Shown: positions 38,924 to 47,857 of the stretch, piece after piece
Position numbering within the stretch: position 1 is the first letter of the stretch
Layout: every line of letters starts with the position of its first letter
Source: an uncultured Planctomycetales bacterium
Lineage (GTDB): Bacteria > Omnitrophota > Gorgyraeia > Zapsychrales > GWA2-47-8
Assembly (NCBI GenBank): GCA_964499685.1
Contig: CAZCLW010000003.1
Location: forward strand, 16,042 to 80,041
Direction of reading: 5' to 3'
DNA length: 64,000 nucleotides
Program-made: the position numbers and the translations under genes
Notes under the pieces: generated by a model
The model's input: the letters and a program-made list of their open reading frames with translations, nothing else
Told to the model about the DNA's origin: nothing
The model's database searches: none

Positions 38924-38970
38924 GGCCCTCTTGAACAGAGCAAGGACGTTCAAGGGGGCCTTTTGTGTTT
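38924..38970 (+). terminator. leader terminator 3 (GGCCCTCTTGAAC-agagcaaggac-GTTCAAGGGGGCC + TTTTGTGTTT)
   Basis: 13-bp stem with a single G·U followed by a U-rich tract. About 110 nt upstream of amt1. Confidence 0.55.
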
Positions 38971-39082
38971 AAGTTTGCCTGAGGGAGACAGGGGAGGTGA
39001 ATATGAACTGACAACACATCTAGCGATTAACCACGAAGTGGAAGTGGTCTTACTTATATCAAAAAATGGAGGATACAAAACA

Positions 39083-40423
39083 ATGTTTAAACAATTTGGC
39101 AAAAAATTCTTAAGTATATTCATGGGCGTGTTGTTCGCGACCCTGGCGTTCAGCCTGCCGGCCATGGCGGCCGATGTTACGGCGGCCGATGCCATGTTCA
39201 CGGTGAACAATACGTGGATGATGGTTTCAACGTTCCTGGTCTTTATCATGCATTTGGGTTTCGCGACCCTGGAATCGGGGCTGACCCGGGCCAAAAACAC
39301 CACGAACATTCTTTTTAAGAATGTCTCGATCGTGGCGATCGGCCTTTTGACCTATGCGGTCTTGGGCTTCAACCTCATGTATCCGGGTGATTCCTGGATC
39401 TTCGGTAAATGGTTTGGGTTCGGCGGCTTCGGAGTTTCTTCACCGGAAGGTGCCGCAGGGCTCATTGAATATGCCGACGGCAAATACACCTACTGGACGG
39501 ATTTTCTTTTCCAGGCGATGTTCGCGGCCACCGCGGCCACGATCGTCTCAGGGGCCGTTGCCGAAAGGATCAAGTTACACAGCTTTTTATTTTTCTCCAT
39601 TTTCTTTGTCGGGCTGGTCTATCCCTTTATCGGAAGCTGGAAATGGGGTGCCGGTTGGCTCAATGACAAAGGGTTCTATGATTTCGCCGGTTCGACCCTC
39701 GTCCACTCTGTGGGCGGTTGGGGCGCCTTGGCCGGAGCGCTTATCCTGGGCCCGCGTCTGGGCAAATACAATAAAGGCAGTGTCAAAGCCATTCCCGGGC
39801 ACAATATGCCTTTGGCAACCATCGGTGTTTTTCTCCTATGGTTGGGATGGTTTGGTTTCAACGGCGGGTCGGTGCTTTCAGCTGATCCCGGCGCTGTTTC
39901 CTACGTTTTGGTGACCACCTCTCTGGCAGCGGCCGCCGGTATCGTCGGCGCCATGCTGGCCTCGGAGCTTTATTTAAAGAAACCGGACCTATCTATGGTC
40001 TTAAACGGTTCTCTGGCCGGTTTGGTAGGCATCACGGCCGGAGCTGACACTGTTTCGGTCCTTTCCGCGATTATCATAGGCCTGATCGCCGGTATTTTGG
40101 TCGTTTTGGCGGTCGTTTTCATTGATTCTAAACTGAAGATCGACGATCCCGTGGGGGCCATCTCGGTCCACTTGGTCTGCGGCATCTGGGGCACATTGGC
40201 CGTCGGGATCTTCAGCACCAAGCCAGAGCACACGTTCTGGATCCAGTTGTTGGGCGTCATTGCGTGCGGACTTATGGCGTTTCTTTCGGCTTTTCTCATC
40301 TTCAGCGTGGTCAAGGCCCTGATGGGCATGCGCGTTCCGGAAGAAGAAGAGCTGAAGGGACTGGATATTGGGGAACACGGTATGGAGGCATACGAAGGTT
40401 TCCAGATCTTTACGACCCAATAA
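39083..40423 (+). CDS. amt: ammonium transporter (Amt/MEP/Rh family) with cleavable signal peptide
   Basis: RBS GGAGGA. Signal peptide …SLPAMAADV. Conserved Amt motifs (…D.AGG.VVH..GG..AL.GA…; FGFNGGS). Confidence 0.9.
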   Translation: MFKQFGKKFLSIFMGVLFATLAFSLPAMAADVTAADAMFTVNNTWMMVSTFLVFIMHLGFATLESGLTRAKNTTNILFKNVSIVAIGLLTYAVLGFNLMYPGDSWIFGKWFGFGGFGVSSPEGAAGLIEYADGKYTYWTDFLFQAMFAATAATIVSGAVAERIKLHSFLFFSIFFVGLVYPFIGSWKWGAGWLNDKGFYDFAGSTLVHSVGGWGALAGALILGPRLGKYNKGSVKAIPGHNMPLATIGVFLLWLGWFGFNGGSVLSADPGAVSYVLVTTSLAAAAGIVGAMLASELYLKKPDLSMVLNGSLAGLVGITAGADTVSVLSAIIIGLIAGILVVLAVVFIDSKLKIDDPVGAISVHLVCGIWGTLAVGIFSTKPEHTFWIQLLGVIACGLMAFLSAFLIFSVVKALMGMRVPEEEELKGLDIGEHGMEAYEGFQIFTTQ

Positions 40424-40453
40424 TCCTTATCAATCAAAAGGGAGGTTATAAAA

Positions 40454-40795
40454 ATGAAATATATTGTTGCCATGATCCAGCCTCACAAGCTGCCTGATGT
40501 CAAAAAGGCTTTGTTCGAGGCCGATGTCCATAAGATGACCGTGACCAACGTCGTGGGTTGCGGGCAACAGCGCGGTTTTAGTGAGACCTACCGCGGTGTT
40601 GTACATGAAGTGAACCTGTTAAAGAAGGTCCGTATTGAAATTGGCGTCAATGACGAGTTCGTGAAGCCGACCATCCGTGCCATTATCAAAGGTGCCAAAA
40701 CGGGAAATATCGGCGATGGCAAGATCTTTGTTTTTGATCTTCCCCAATGTATCCGTATCCGCACCGAAGAAGAGGGCGGCAAGGCCATTGGTTAA
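40454..40795 (+). CDS. glnK: PII nitrogen regulatory protein, divergent T-loop
   Basis: 112-aa PII fold ([13 protein letters not shown]…DGKIFVFDL…IRIRT). T-loop reads [14 protein letters not shown] instead of the canonical G(R/H)GRQKG…YRG. Confidence 0.85.
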   Translation: MKYIVAMIQPHKLPDVKKALFEADVHKMTVTNVVGCGQQRGFSETYRGVVHEVNLLKKVRIEIGVNDEFVKPTIRAIIKGAKTGNIGDGKIFVFDLPQCIRIRTEEEGGKAIG

Positions 40796-40814
40796 GTAAG
40801 CTGTGGTTGTCCAC

Positions 40815-40901
40815 GAGGGAGAAGGTGGTTAAGGCTAAAAGCAGCCTCTCTTCTCCCTCCTTAAAATATCAGCGCGATGATTTTTAAGGAAAGAGGCTGC
40901 T
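40815..40901 (+). promoter_or_regulatory. two mutually exclusive 10-bp helices (GAGGGAGAAG/CTTCTCCCTC and AGCAGCCTCT/AGAGGCTGCT) in the glnK1-amt2 spacer
   Basis: Perfect complementarities read directly. Each helix sequesters one arm of the other, like an attenuator switch. Confidence 0.4.
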
Positions 40902-41060
40902 CAATTTATAAGAAAGGCAGCGCTTACTATGCACTCCCTCTGGGGGCTGTATGATTCTTTGGGAAAAGCTACATGGGTGTTCATCATCTCGATGTTCGTC
41001 TTCGAGGTTTGCCTGAGCATTTATGGGCTGATGTCCTTTTAGTCGTCGCTTTAAAAAACC

Positions 41061-41089
41061 TTGACATCAAAATGGGATGATTGTATACT
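41061..41089 (+). promoter_or_regulatory. sigma70-like promoter TTGACA-N17-TATACT upstream of amt2
   Basis: Read directly. Lies 84 nt upstream of a strong leader terminator. Confidence 0.5.
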
Positions 41090-41172
41090 CACCTCAATTC
41101 TAAAGGCACTGGCGTCTTTAGAAAAAAATCGGTCGCACGCATGCATAGCCGGCCGATCAAGGGCATGGAAGT

Positions 41173-41222
41173 CCTCAAGAGACCAAAACAAGAGAAGGTC
41201 TCGTTTGAGGGCTTTTTTTTTG
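41173..41222 (+). terminator. leader terminator before amt2 (CCTCAAGAGACC-aaaacaagagaa-GGTCTCgtTTGAGG + GC + T9)
   Basis: 12-bp stem with 2-nt bulge followed by nine consecutive T. Located 80 nt upstream of the amt2 start. Confidence 0.65.
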
Positions 41223-41302
41223 GACAACGGCGTCCGTAACATGCACAGGTAAAGATCTCGTTGCAGAAGCAGTAATAACACAATGTGAAGGGAGAACACA
41301 TT

Positions 41303-42538
41303 ATGGACATGATCAATGCAGGTGACACAGCGTGGGTTTTGATTTCCTCAGCCCTTGTCATGCTTATGACGCCGGGCCTGGCCTTCTTTTACGGAGGCAT
41401 GGTAAGACGTAAAAATATTTTAGGCGTTTTAATGCAATGTTTTATCGTTCTTTGTGCGTTAAGTCTTCATTGGGTCTTGATCGGCTATAGCCTTTCCTTC
41501 AGCTCAGGGAATCCTTTTATCGGCGGATTGCAATGGGCCGGCCTCAACGGTGTCGGTCAAGAGCCTAATCCCGATTATGCCGCGACGATCCCGCATCAGG
41601 CCTTTATGATCTTTCAGGCTATGTTTGCCGTCATTACCCCGGCTTTGATCATCGGCGCCTTTGCCGAGCGCATGAAATTTTCAGCTTTTCTGTTATTCAC
41701 CCTTTTATGGGCCACATTCGTGTACGCGCCCGTGTGCCACATGGTCTGGGGTCTCGGCGGATTTATCCGCAGCATGGGAGCCTTGGATTTTGCCGGAGGC
41801 ACGGTCGTTCATATCAATGCCGGTATCGCGGCTTTGCTGACCGCTATGATGATCGGCAAAAGGACCGGCTATGCGAATAAACCGACGCCTTTGCATAATA
41901 TCCCGTTCACGGTATTGGGTGCGGCGCTGCTCTGGTTCGGCTGGTTTGGTTTCAATGCCGGAAGCGCTTTGGGTGCCGGCGGTCTGGCCGCCGCGGCTTT
42001 TGTCACGACCAACACGGCCGCCGCCGCTGCAGGTCTTACATGGGCGATTTTAGAATGGAAAATGACCGGTAAACCGACGATGTTCGGAGCGGTGACCGGC
42101 GCTGTTGCGGGTCTGGTTGCCATCACACCGGCAGCCGGTTTTGTTACGCCCGTATCGGCCATTATCATCGGTGTTGTCGTCAGCCTGCTATGTTTCTTTA
42201 TGGTCGGTATTGTCAAACCGAAGTTGGGCTACGATGATTCTTTGGATGCCTTCGGCGTCCATGGTATCGGCGGGATCTGGGGGGCTCTGGCCACGGGGTT
42301 GTTCGCGACGACCTCGGTCAATTCGGCCGGTGCCGACGGGCTTTTCTATGGGAATCCCGGATTATTGTTTATTCAGTTGAAAGCCGTTCTGGTGACCATT
42401 ATTTACTGCCTTATTGTGACAGCCGTCATTTACAAAATTGTCGATATGATCATCGGCATGAGGGTCTCACAAGAAGATGAGGCGATCGGTCTGGATTTGA
42501 CCCAGCACCATGAACGCGCCTACACCATGCTGGAATAA
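41303..42538 (+). CDS. amt: ammonium transporter (Amt family), no signal peptide
   Basis: RBS AAGGGAGAA 7 nt upstream of the ATG at 41303 (the ATG at 41285 lies in the RBS). Conserved Amt motifs (FGFNAGSAL, VVHINAGIAAL). Confidence 0.9.
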   Translation: MDMINAGDTAWVLISSALVMLMTPGLAFFYGGMVRRKNILGVLMQCFIVLCALSLHWVLIGYSLSFSSGNPFIGGLQWAGLNGVGQEPNPDYAATIPHQAFMIFQAMFAVITPALIIGAFAERMKFSAFLLFTLLWATFVYAPVCHMVWGLGGFIRSMGALDFAGGTVVHINAGIAALLTAMMIGKRTGYANKPTPLHNIPFTVLGAALLWFGWFGFNAGSALGAGGLAAAAFVTTNTAAAAAGLTWAILEWKMTGKPTMFGAVTGAVAGLVAITPAAGFVTPVSAIIIGVVVSLLCFFMVGIVKPKLGYDDSLDAFGVHGIGGIWGALATGLFATTSVNSAGADGLFYGNPGLLFIQLKAVLVTIIYCLIVTAVIYKIVDMIIGMRVSQEDEAIGLDLTQHHERAYTMLE

Positions 42539-42575
42539 CCTAACGAGAAAACAATAATTCAAGGGAGAAGAAGAT

Positions 42576-42917
42576 ATGAAATTAATCATTGCGATCATTC
42601 AGCCTCATAGATTAGAGGAAGTAAAAAAGGCCTTGTATGAGGCCGACATTAATTTGATCACGGTCAGCGAGGTCTTGGGCCACGGCCGTCAAAAAGGCAT
42701 CGATGAGTTCTACCGCGGTTCCAAGGAAACCGGCAATCTCCTGCGCAAGATAAGGCTGGAGATCGCCGTTAACGAGAACTTCGTGGACCCCACGATCAAG
42801 GCCATCATCAAGGGCGCCCGTACTGGAAAGATCGGTGATGGGAAGATCTTTGTCGTTGATCTGCCGCGATGCATCCGCATTCGTACAGGAGACGAGGGCT
42901 CACAGGCCATCGGTTAA
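42576..42917 (+). CDS. glnK: PII nitrogen regulatory protein (canonical T-loop)
   Basis: [16 protein letters not shown]-loop with Tyr. [16 protein letters not shown]. Confidence 0.9.
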   Translation: MKLIIAIIQPHRLEEVKKALYEADINLITVSEVLGHGRQKGIDEFYRGSKETGNLLRKIRLEIAVNENFVDPTIKAIIKGARTGKIGDGKIFVVDLPRCIRIRTGDEGSQAIG

Positions 42918-42952
42918 AAGCGTTCGGAAATGGGGGTTTTCCGGATAAATTT

Positions 42953-42990
42953 CCTTCCCCGGGCGTGCCCGGGGAAGGGGATTTATTTGG
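42953..42990 (+). terminator. intrinsic terminator after amt2-glnK2 (CCTTCCCCGGG-cgtg-CCCGGGGAAGG + T-rich)
   Basis: Perfect 11-bp GC stem, tetraloop, followed by GATTTATTTGG. Confidence 0.65.
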
Positions 42991-42991
42991 G

Positions 42992-43020
42992 TTGACGCTT
43001 AGAGGAAAGATTGCTAGAAT
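42992..43020 (+). promoter_or_regulatory. sigma70-like promoter TTGACG-N17-TAGAAT for glnN, embedded in the inverted repeat TTAGAGG…CCTCTAA
   Basis: Hexamers read directly. 7-bp IR arms at 42999-43005 and 43023-43029 bracket the spacer and -10. Confidence 0.45.
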
Positions 43021-43090
43021 TGCCTCTAAATCTAACCCGCTGAAAATAAATTAGTTTAAACCCTAATAAATAATTGAGGAGAGAAGGAAT

Positions 43091-45265
43091 ATGCGACGAT
43101 TATCAGAAGTAAACGCAGCAGCTAATTCTGTCTCAGATGCACAAAAAACTGCCGCAGAAGGTGGAAATGGAGGGCTTGCAAACGTGAAAGGTGCTCAATC
43201 GATCATCGATCTTTACGGTCAAAATGTGTTCAGTCTCAAAGTCATGCGCAATTATCTTTCGGAAAAGGCCTATAAATCCATCAGCACGACGATAAAAGAA
43301 GGCGGCCGGCTCGATCCGGAGATCGCCGACGAAGTCGCCGATGCGATGAAGAACTGGGCTGTTTCCAAAGGCGCCACGCACTTTACTCATTGGTTCCAGC
43401 CGTTGACCGGCACCACGGCCGAAAAACATGATTCTTTTTTGTCTCCCGATGGTGAAGGCGGGGCCATTCTGCATTTTTCCGGAAAAGAATTGATCCAGGG
43501 TGAGCCGGATGCTTCCAGCTTCCCCTCAGGCGGCTTGCGTGCGACTTTTGAAGCCCGCGGTTATACAGCCTGGGACCCGACCAGCCCGGCTTTCATCAAG
43601 GAAGGGCCGGAAGGGGCAACGCTGTGTATCCCGACGGTTTTCTGCGGTTATCACGGTGAAGCGTTGGACAAAAAGACCCCGCTTTTGCGTTCCATGGCGG
43701 CCTTGTCCAAGCAGGTTTGCCGTTTGGGAAGACTCTTCGGCATCGACACCAAAGGGAAAAGGGCCTACGCCACCTTAGGCGGCGAGCAGGAATATTTCCT
43801 GATCGACAAGAATTACTATCTGCAGAGAATGGACCTTATTCAGACCGGACGCACTTTGTTCGGCCGTAAACCCGCCAAACATCAGCAGATGGAAGACCAT
43901 TATTTCGGCGCTATCAAGAGCCGTATCATTGCTTACATGGAAGACCTGGACCGCGAACTCTGGAAACTGGGCGTTCCGGACAAGACCCGTCATAACGAGG
44001 TCAGCCCGGCTCAATATGAGGTCGCTCCGGTCTTCGAAGAGCTGAATATCGCCGTTGACCACAACCAGATCACCATGGAGCGCATGCGCGCTGTGGCTGA
44101 GAAGCACGGTTTGGTCTGCTTATTGCACGAAAAACCGTTCGCCGGCGTCAATGGTTCGGGTAAGCATAACAACTGGGCCATCGTCGGACCCGATGGAAAG
44201 AACTGGTTCTCGCCGGGCAAGAACCCGCATGAAAATGCGAAATTTTTGACCATGCTTTGCGCGACCATTCAGGCCGTGGATGAGTATGCCGCTATCCTGC
44301 GCGCGTCCGTTGCCTCGGCCGGTAATGATCACCGTCTGGGCGCCAACGAAGCTCCGCCCGCCATCATCTCCATCTTCCTGGGTGAGCAGTTGAGCAATAT
44401 CATCGAGCAGATCGAAAAAGGCGGCGCCAAGAGCTCGACCTCCGGTGGTACGATCGAGATTGGGGTCGATTCTCTGCCTAAACTGCCGCGCGATGCCACC
44501 GACCGTAACAGAACTTCGCCGTTTGCTTTCACCGGGGCCAAGTTCGAATTCCGCGCCGTGGGTTCCAACATGAGCCTGGCCGGTCCGAACGTTGTCCTGA
44601 ACACGATCATGGCCGATGCCCTGGATGATATCTGCGCCAAGTTGGAAGAGGCCCAAAAATCCAAGAAGGATTTCAACGCCTCCTTGCAGAAGATCCTTCA
44701 GGAAGTCATTAAAAAGCATAAGCGCGTTCTCTATAACGGAGACAACTATACTCCGGAATGGCATGCCGAAGCCAAAAAGCGCGGCCTGCCCAATCTTAAG
44801 ACCACACCGGAAGCGCTTGCTGTGCTCAAAGAAGAAAAGACCATCAAGCTCTTTGAAAAGCACGGTGTTTTGACCAAAAAAGAGCTGCTTTCCCGTTATA
44901 ACATCTACATGCATACCTACGACACCATCGTTCAGCTGGAAGGCAATTGCGCTCTGCAGATCGCCAGAACGCAGGTTATCCCGGCTGCTTTGGCGTATCA
45001 GCAGGAACTGGCCGAGACGATCAAGATCGTCGGTACAGCCGGTAAAACGGTCCAGGCTAAGAAACTGCTTAAAAGAGTTTCGGGCTACACCGAAGATGGC
45101 CTGGCCGCAAGCGATCAGCTAGAAACAGCGGTAGACAAGCATGATTCCGCCAAGACTTTGGCGGCCATGGTCAAGCTCCGCGAAGCTGTCGACGAGCTTG
45201 AGGCTATTGTTCCCGAACAAAAGTGGCCGTTGGCCTCTTATGCTGAAATGTTATCTGTTTTTTAA
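43091..45265 (+). CDS. glnN: glutamine synthetase type III
   Basis: 724 aa. N-terminal GSIII-specific domain (…[20 protein letters not shown]…) and catalytic domain. Collinear with Bacteroides-type GlnN. Confidence 0.9.
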   Translation: MRRLSEVNAAANSVSDAQKTAAEGGNGGLANVKGAQSIIDLYGQNVFSLKVMRNYLSEKAYKSISTTIKEGGRLDPEIADEVADAMKNWAVSKGATHFTHWFQPLTGTTAEKHDSFLSPDGEGGAILHFSGKELIQGEPDASSFPSGGLRATFEARGYTAWDPTSPAFIKEGPEGATLCIPTVFCGYHGEALDKKTPLLRSMAALSKQVCRLGRLFGIDTKGKRAYATLGGEQEYFLIDKNYYLQRMDLIQTGRTLFGRKPAKHQQMEDHYFGAIKSRIIAYMEDLDRELWKLGVPDKTRHNEVSPAQYEVAPVFEELNIAVDHNQITMERMRAVAEKHGLVCLLHEKPFAGVNGSGKHNNWAIVGPDGKNWFSPGKNPHENAKFLTMLCATIQAVDEYAAILRASVASAGNDHRLGANEAPPAIISIFLGEQLSNIIEQIEKGGAKSSTSGGTIEIGVDSLPKLPRDATDRNRTSPFAFTGAKFEFRAVGSNMSLAGPNVVLNTIMADALDDICAKLEEAQKSKKDFNASLQKILQEVIKKHKRVLYNGDNYTPEWHAEAKKRGLPNLKTTPEALAVLKEEKTIKLFEKHGVLTKKELLSRYNIYMHTYDTIVQLEGNCALQIARTQVIPAALAYQQELAETIKIVGTAGKTVQAKKLLKRVSGYTEDGLAASDQLETAVDKHDSAKTLAAMVKLREAVDELEAIVPEQKWPLASYAEMLSVF

Positions 45266-45293
45266 TTAACATAGAACATAAGAACGAACCATT

Positions 45294-45335
45294 AAAGCGG
45301 TTAGGGGCAAAAGCCCCTAACCGCTTTGCTCTATC
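45294..45335 (+). terminator. intrinsic terminator after glnN (AAAGCGGTTAGGGGC-aaaa-GCCCCTAACCGCTTT)
   Basis: Perfect 15-bp stem, tetraloop, then GCTCTATCTT. Confidence 0.65.
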
Positions 45336-45350
45336 TTAAGAAAAGGAAAG

Positions 45351-46070
45351 ATGATCCTCTTTATCAAGCACATCGACATCGAAGGTCCCGGGACGATCGA
45401 GACCTATTTCCGCGGCAAAGAGTTCGCCTTAAAGACTGTCGACCTCGGCCGGGGAGAAAAATTGCCGGAAAATTTTTCGGACATCGAGGCGATTGTCTGC
45501 CTCGGCGGGCCCATGAACGTTTATGAAGAAGATAAATACCCTTTTTTAAAAGAAGAGGATAAATTCATCAAGGACGCACTCAAAGAAGAGGTTCCTTTCC
45601 TGGGTATTTGTCTGGGATCGCAGCTCTTGGCCAAGGCCTGCGGCGCCAAGGTCGGAAAATCGCCGGTCAAAGAAGTAGGGTGGTTCAAGGTCAATTTGAA
45701 AGATGAAGGCCAAAAGGACCCGCTGTTCAAAGGGATCGATCCCAGCTTTGATGTTTTCCACTGGCATGAAGATATGTTCGAGATCCCGCAAGGGGCGAGG
45801 TTTTTAGCTACCGGTACGGGATGTCCTCATCAGGCGTTTAAGGTGGGAAAAAATGCTTACGGTATCCAATTCCATGTGGAAGTAACTAAGCCTATCATTG
45901 CGAATTGGTGTAAGGCTTATTTGGCCAGCGACGATCTGCAAAAGCAGAGTCAGGCCAAGGACATGCTGGCCGTCTATCACAATAAGGAAGAAAGTTTTAA
46001 CCGGCAATCAGATGTCATCTATAAGAATTTTAACGATCTGATCGCCCAAAGAAAGCTGGTCAACCCATAA
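45351..46070 (+). CDS. class I glutamine amidotransferase-like protein (GATase1)
   Basis: Nucleophile elbow FLGICLGSQLL (Cys) and HVE catalytic pair (QFHVEV). Confidence 0.7.
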   Translation: MILFIKHIDIEGPGTIETYFRGKEFALKTVDLGRGEKLPENFSDIEAIVCLGGPMNVYEEDKYPFLKEEDKFIKDALKEEVPFLGICLGSQLLAKACGAKVGKSPVKEVGWFKVNLKDEGQKDPLFKGIDPSFDVFHWHEDMFEIPQGARFLATGTGCPHQAFKVGKNAYGIQFHVEVTKPIIANWCKAYLASDDLQKQSQAKDMLAVYHNKEESFNRQSDVIYKNFNDLIAQRKLVNP

Positions 46071-47749
46071 TGCTGCGCATCGCTTTAGCCCAGATCAACA
46101 CGACCGTCGGCGACCTGGAAGGGAACCGTCAGAAGATCACGGATTACCTTGTCCGTGGCCGGGAAATGAACGCGGATGTGGTCGCTTTTCCCGAACTGGC
46201 TGTCACCGGTTATCCCCCCGAAGACCTTTTGTTTAAAAAGCATTTTGTCGACGATAATATCAAGGCCTTGAAAAAGATCATCCCGCAGACGGCCAATATC
46301 ACGGCCATTGTCGGCTTTGCGGATCTTAAGAACGGAGAGTTGTTCAACGCGGCGGCGATCATCCATGATAAAAAGCTGGTGGGGGTTTACCATAAAGCGG
46401 CCCTGCCCAATTACGGGGTTTTCGATGAGAAGCGTTATTTTGTTCCGGGAGATTCCAACCCTATCTTTTCGCTCAACGGTATCAAAGTCGGTGTGAACGT
46501 CTGCGAGGACATTTGGTTGCCGCATGGGCCCTGCGAGGCCCAGCTCAAGGCCGGGGCACAAGTGCTCATCAATATTTCTTCATCGCCGTACCATTTTGCG
46601 AAATGGAAGCAGCGCGAGAAAGTCCTGAAACAATGGATCAAGAACAATAATATCTTTGTCGGCTATGTCAACCTGGTGGGCGGCCAGGATGAGCTGGTTT
46701 TCGATGGAGGAAGCGTTATCCTCGACCCTAAAGGCCGCCGCGTTGCCGTCGGGAAACAGTTTGAAGAAGATTTTGTCGTAGCCGATATCCAGCCCGGCAA
46801 AACAAAGAAAACGGCGCGGAAGGTGAAGGTCGTGCTGGTCAAAGATCTCCCCGGCCATGACAGCCGCCTTCCCATCAAAGGGAAAGTTGAACCATACCTC
46901 GAGCCGAATGAGGAGATATTCAAAGCATTGGTCGTAGGAACAAGGGATTATATCGTTAAGAATGGATTCAAAAAGGTTGTCATAGGCCTAAGCGGCGGCA
47001 TCGACTCTTCGCTGGTCGCGGTTATCGCCAAAGAAGCGATCGGAAAGGAAAACGTGATCGGCATCACCATGCCGTCGCGTTTTTCTTCGGCCGGGACCCT
47101 GAGCGATGCTAAACAGCTCGCCCAGAATTTGGGCATCCGCTGTCTCGAGGCCCCTATCGAAAATATTTTTAAAAGTTATCTCGAGAGTTTAGAGAAGGAT
47201 TTTGCCGGACAGCCGCCTAATATTGCCGAGGAGAACCTGCAGGCACGCATCCGGGGGACCATCCTGATGGCCTTTTCGAACAAATTCGGGTGGTTGGTCC
47301 TGACGACCGGGAATAAGAGCGAATTTGCGGTCGGTTATTGCACCCTTTACGGGGACATGTCCGGCGGCTTTGCGGTCATCAAGGATGTTCCCAAAACACG
47401 CATCTACGCCCTGGCGGCGCTGGTAAATAAAAAATGGCCCGGCACCATTCCCGAAAGCGTCATTCAAAGAGCCCCTTCGGCTGAATTGAGGGAAAACCAG
47501 AAAGACCAAGACAGCCTGCCGCCCTATGAGGTTTTGGACCCGATCCTGCAGTCCTATGTGGAAGAGCATAAAGGCTGGGCTGACCTAATGAAGCATTATC
47601 ATGATAAAAAGACCGTGGAAGACGTGATGCGGATGGTGGATTATAGTGAGTATAAACGCCGGCAAGCGCCCCCGGGTGTTAAGATCACGGCCAGGGCTTT
47701 TGGGAAGGACTGGCGCTTACCTATCACTAACAAATACAAGGGGTTTTAA
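46070..47749 (+). CDS. nadE: glutamine-dependent NAD+ synthetase (CN-hydrolase + NAD synthase domains)
   Basis: N-terminal nitrilase-like domain (LRIALAQIN…FPELAVTGY…CED). C-terminal SGGIDSS PP-loop. 559 aa. TAATG overlap with the upstream GATase. Confidence 0.9.
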   Translation: MLRIALAQINTTVGDLEGNRQKITDYLVRGREMNADVVAFPELAVTGYPPEDLLFKKHFVDDNIKALKKIIPQTANITAIVGFADLKNGELFNAAAIIHDKKLVGVYHKAALPNYGVFDEKRYFVPGDSNPIFSLNGIKVGVNVCEDIWLPHGPCEAQLKAGAQVLINISSSPYHFAKWKQREKVLKQWIKNNNIFVGYVNLVGGQDELVFDGGSVILDPKGRRVAVGKQFEEDFVVADIQPGKTKKTARKVKVVLVKDLPGHDSRLPIKGKVEPYLEPNEEIFKALVVGTRDYIVKNGFKKVVIGLSGGIDSSLVAVIAKEAIGKENVIGITMPSRFSSAGTLSDAKQLAQNLGIRCLEAPIENIFKSYLESLEKDFAGQPPNIAEENLQARIRGTILMAFSNKFGWLVLTTGNKSEFAVGYCTLYGDMSGGFAVIKDVPKTRIYALAALVNKKWPGTIPESVIQRAPSAELRENQKDQDSLPPYEVLDPILQSYVEEHKGWADLMKHYHDKKTVEDVMRMVDYSEYKRRQAPPGVKITARAFGKDWRLPITNKYKGF

Positions 47750-47857
47750 CTCTAAAGAAAGGCTACTTTAAGAAAAATAGGATTGCATAATTCACAAAAA
47801 TGGATAAAATGATAATTCGACCCACCAACAAAATAATGTAGTTTTTGGAGTGTATTA

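Noticed and set aside
40921-41060. 33-aa micro-ORF (MGVHHLDVRLRGLPEHLWADVLLVVALKNLDIKMG) in the glnK1-amt2 spacer
   Set aside because: No RBS, no recognisable motif, overlaps the putative promoter. Insufficient support.
41285-41302. Upstream ATG for amt2 at 41285
   Set aside because: This ATG lies inside the AAGGGAGAA Shine-Dalgarno. The ATG at 41303 has correct spacing and begins the conserved N-terminus.
44120-44914. 264-aa minus-strand ORF inside glnN
   Set aside because: Antisense shadow ORF of GS type III.
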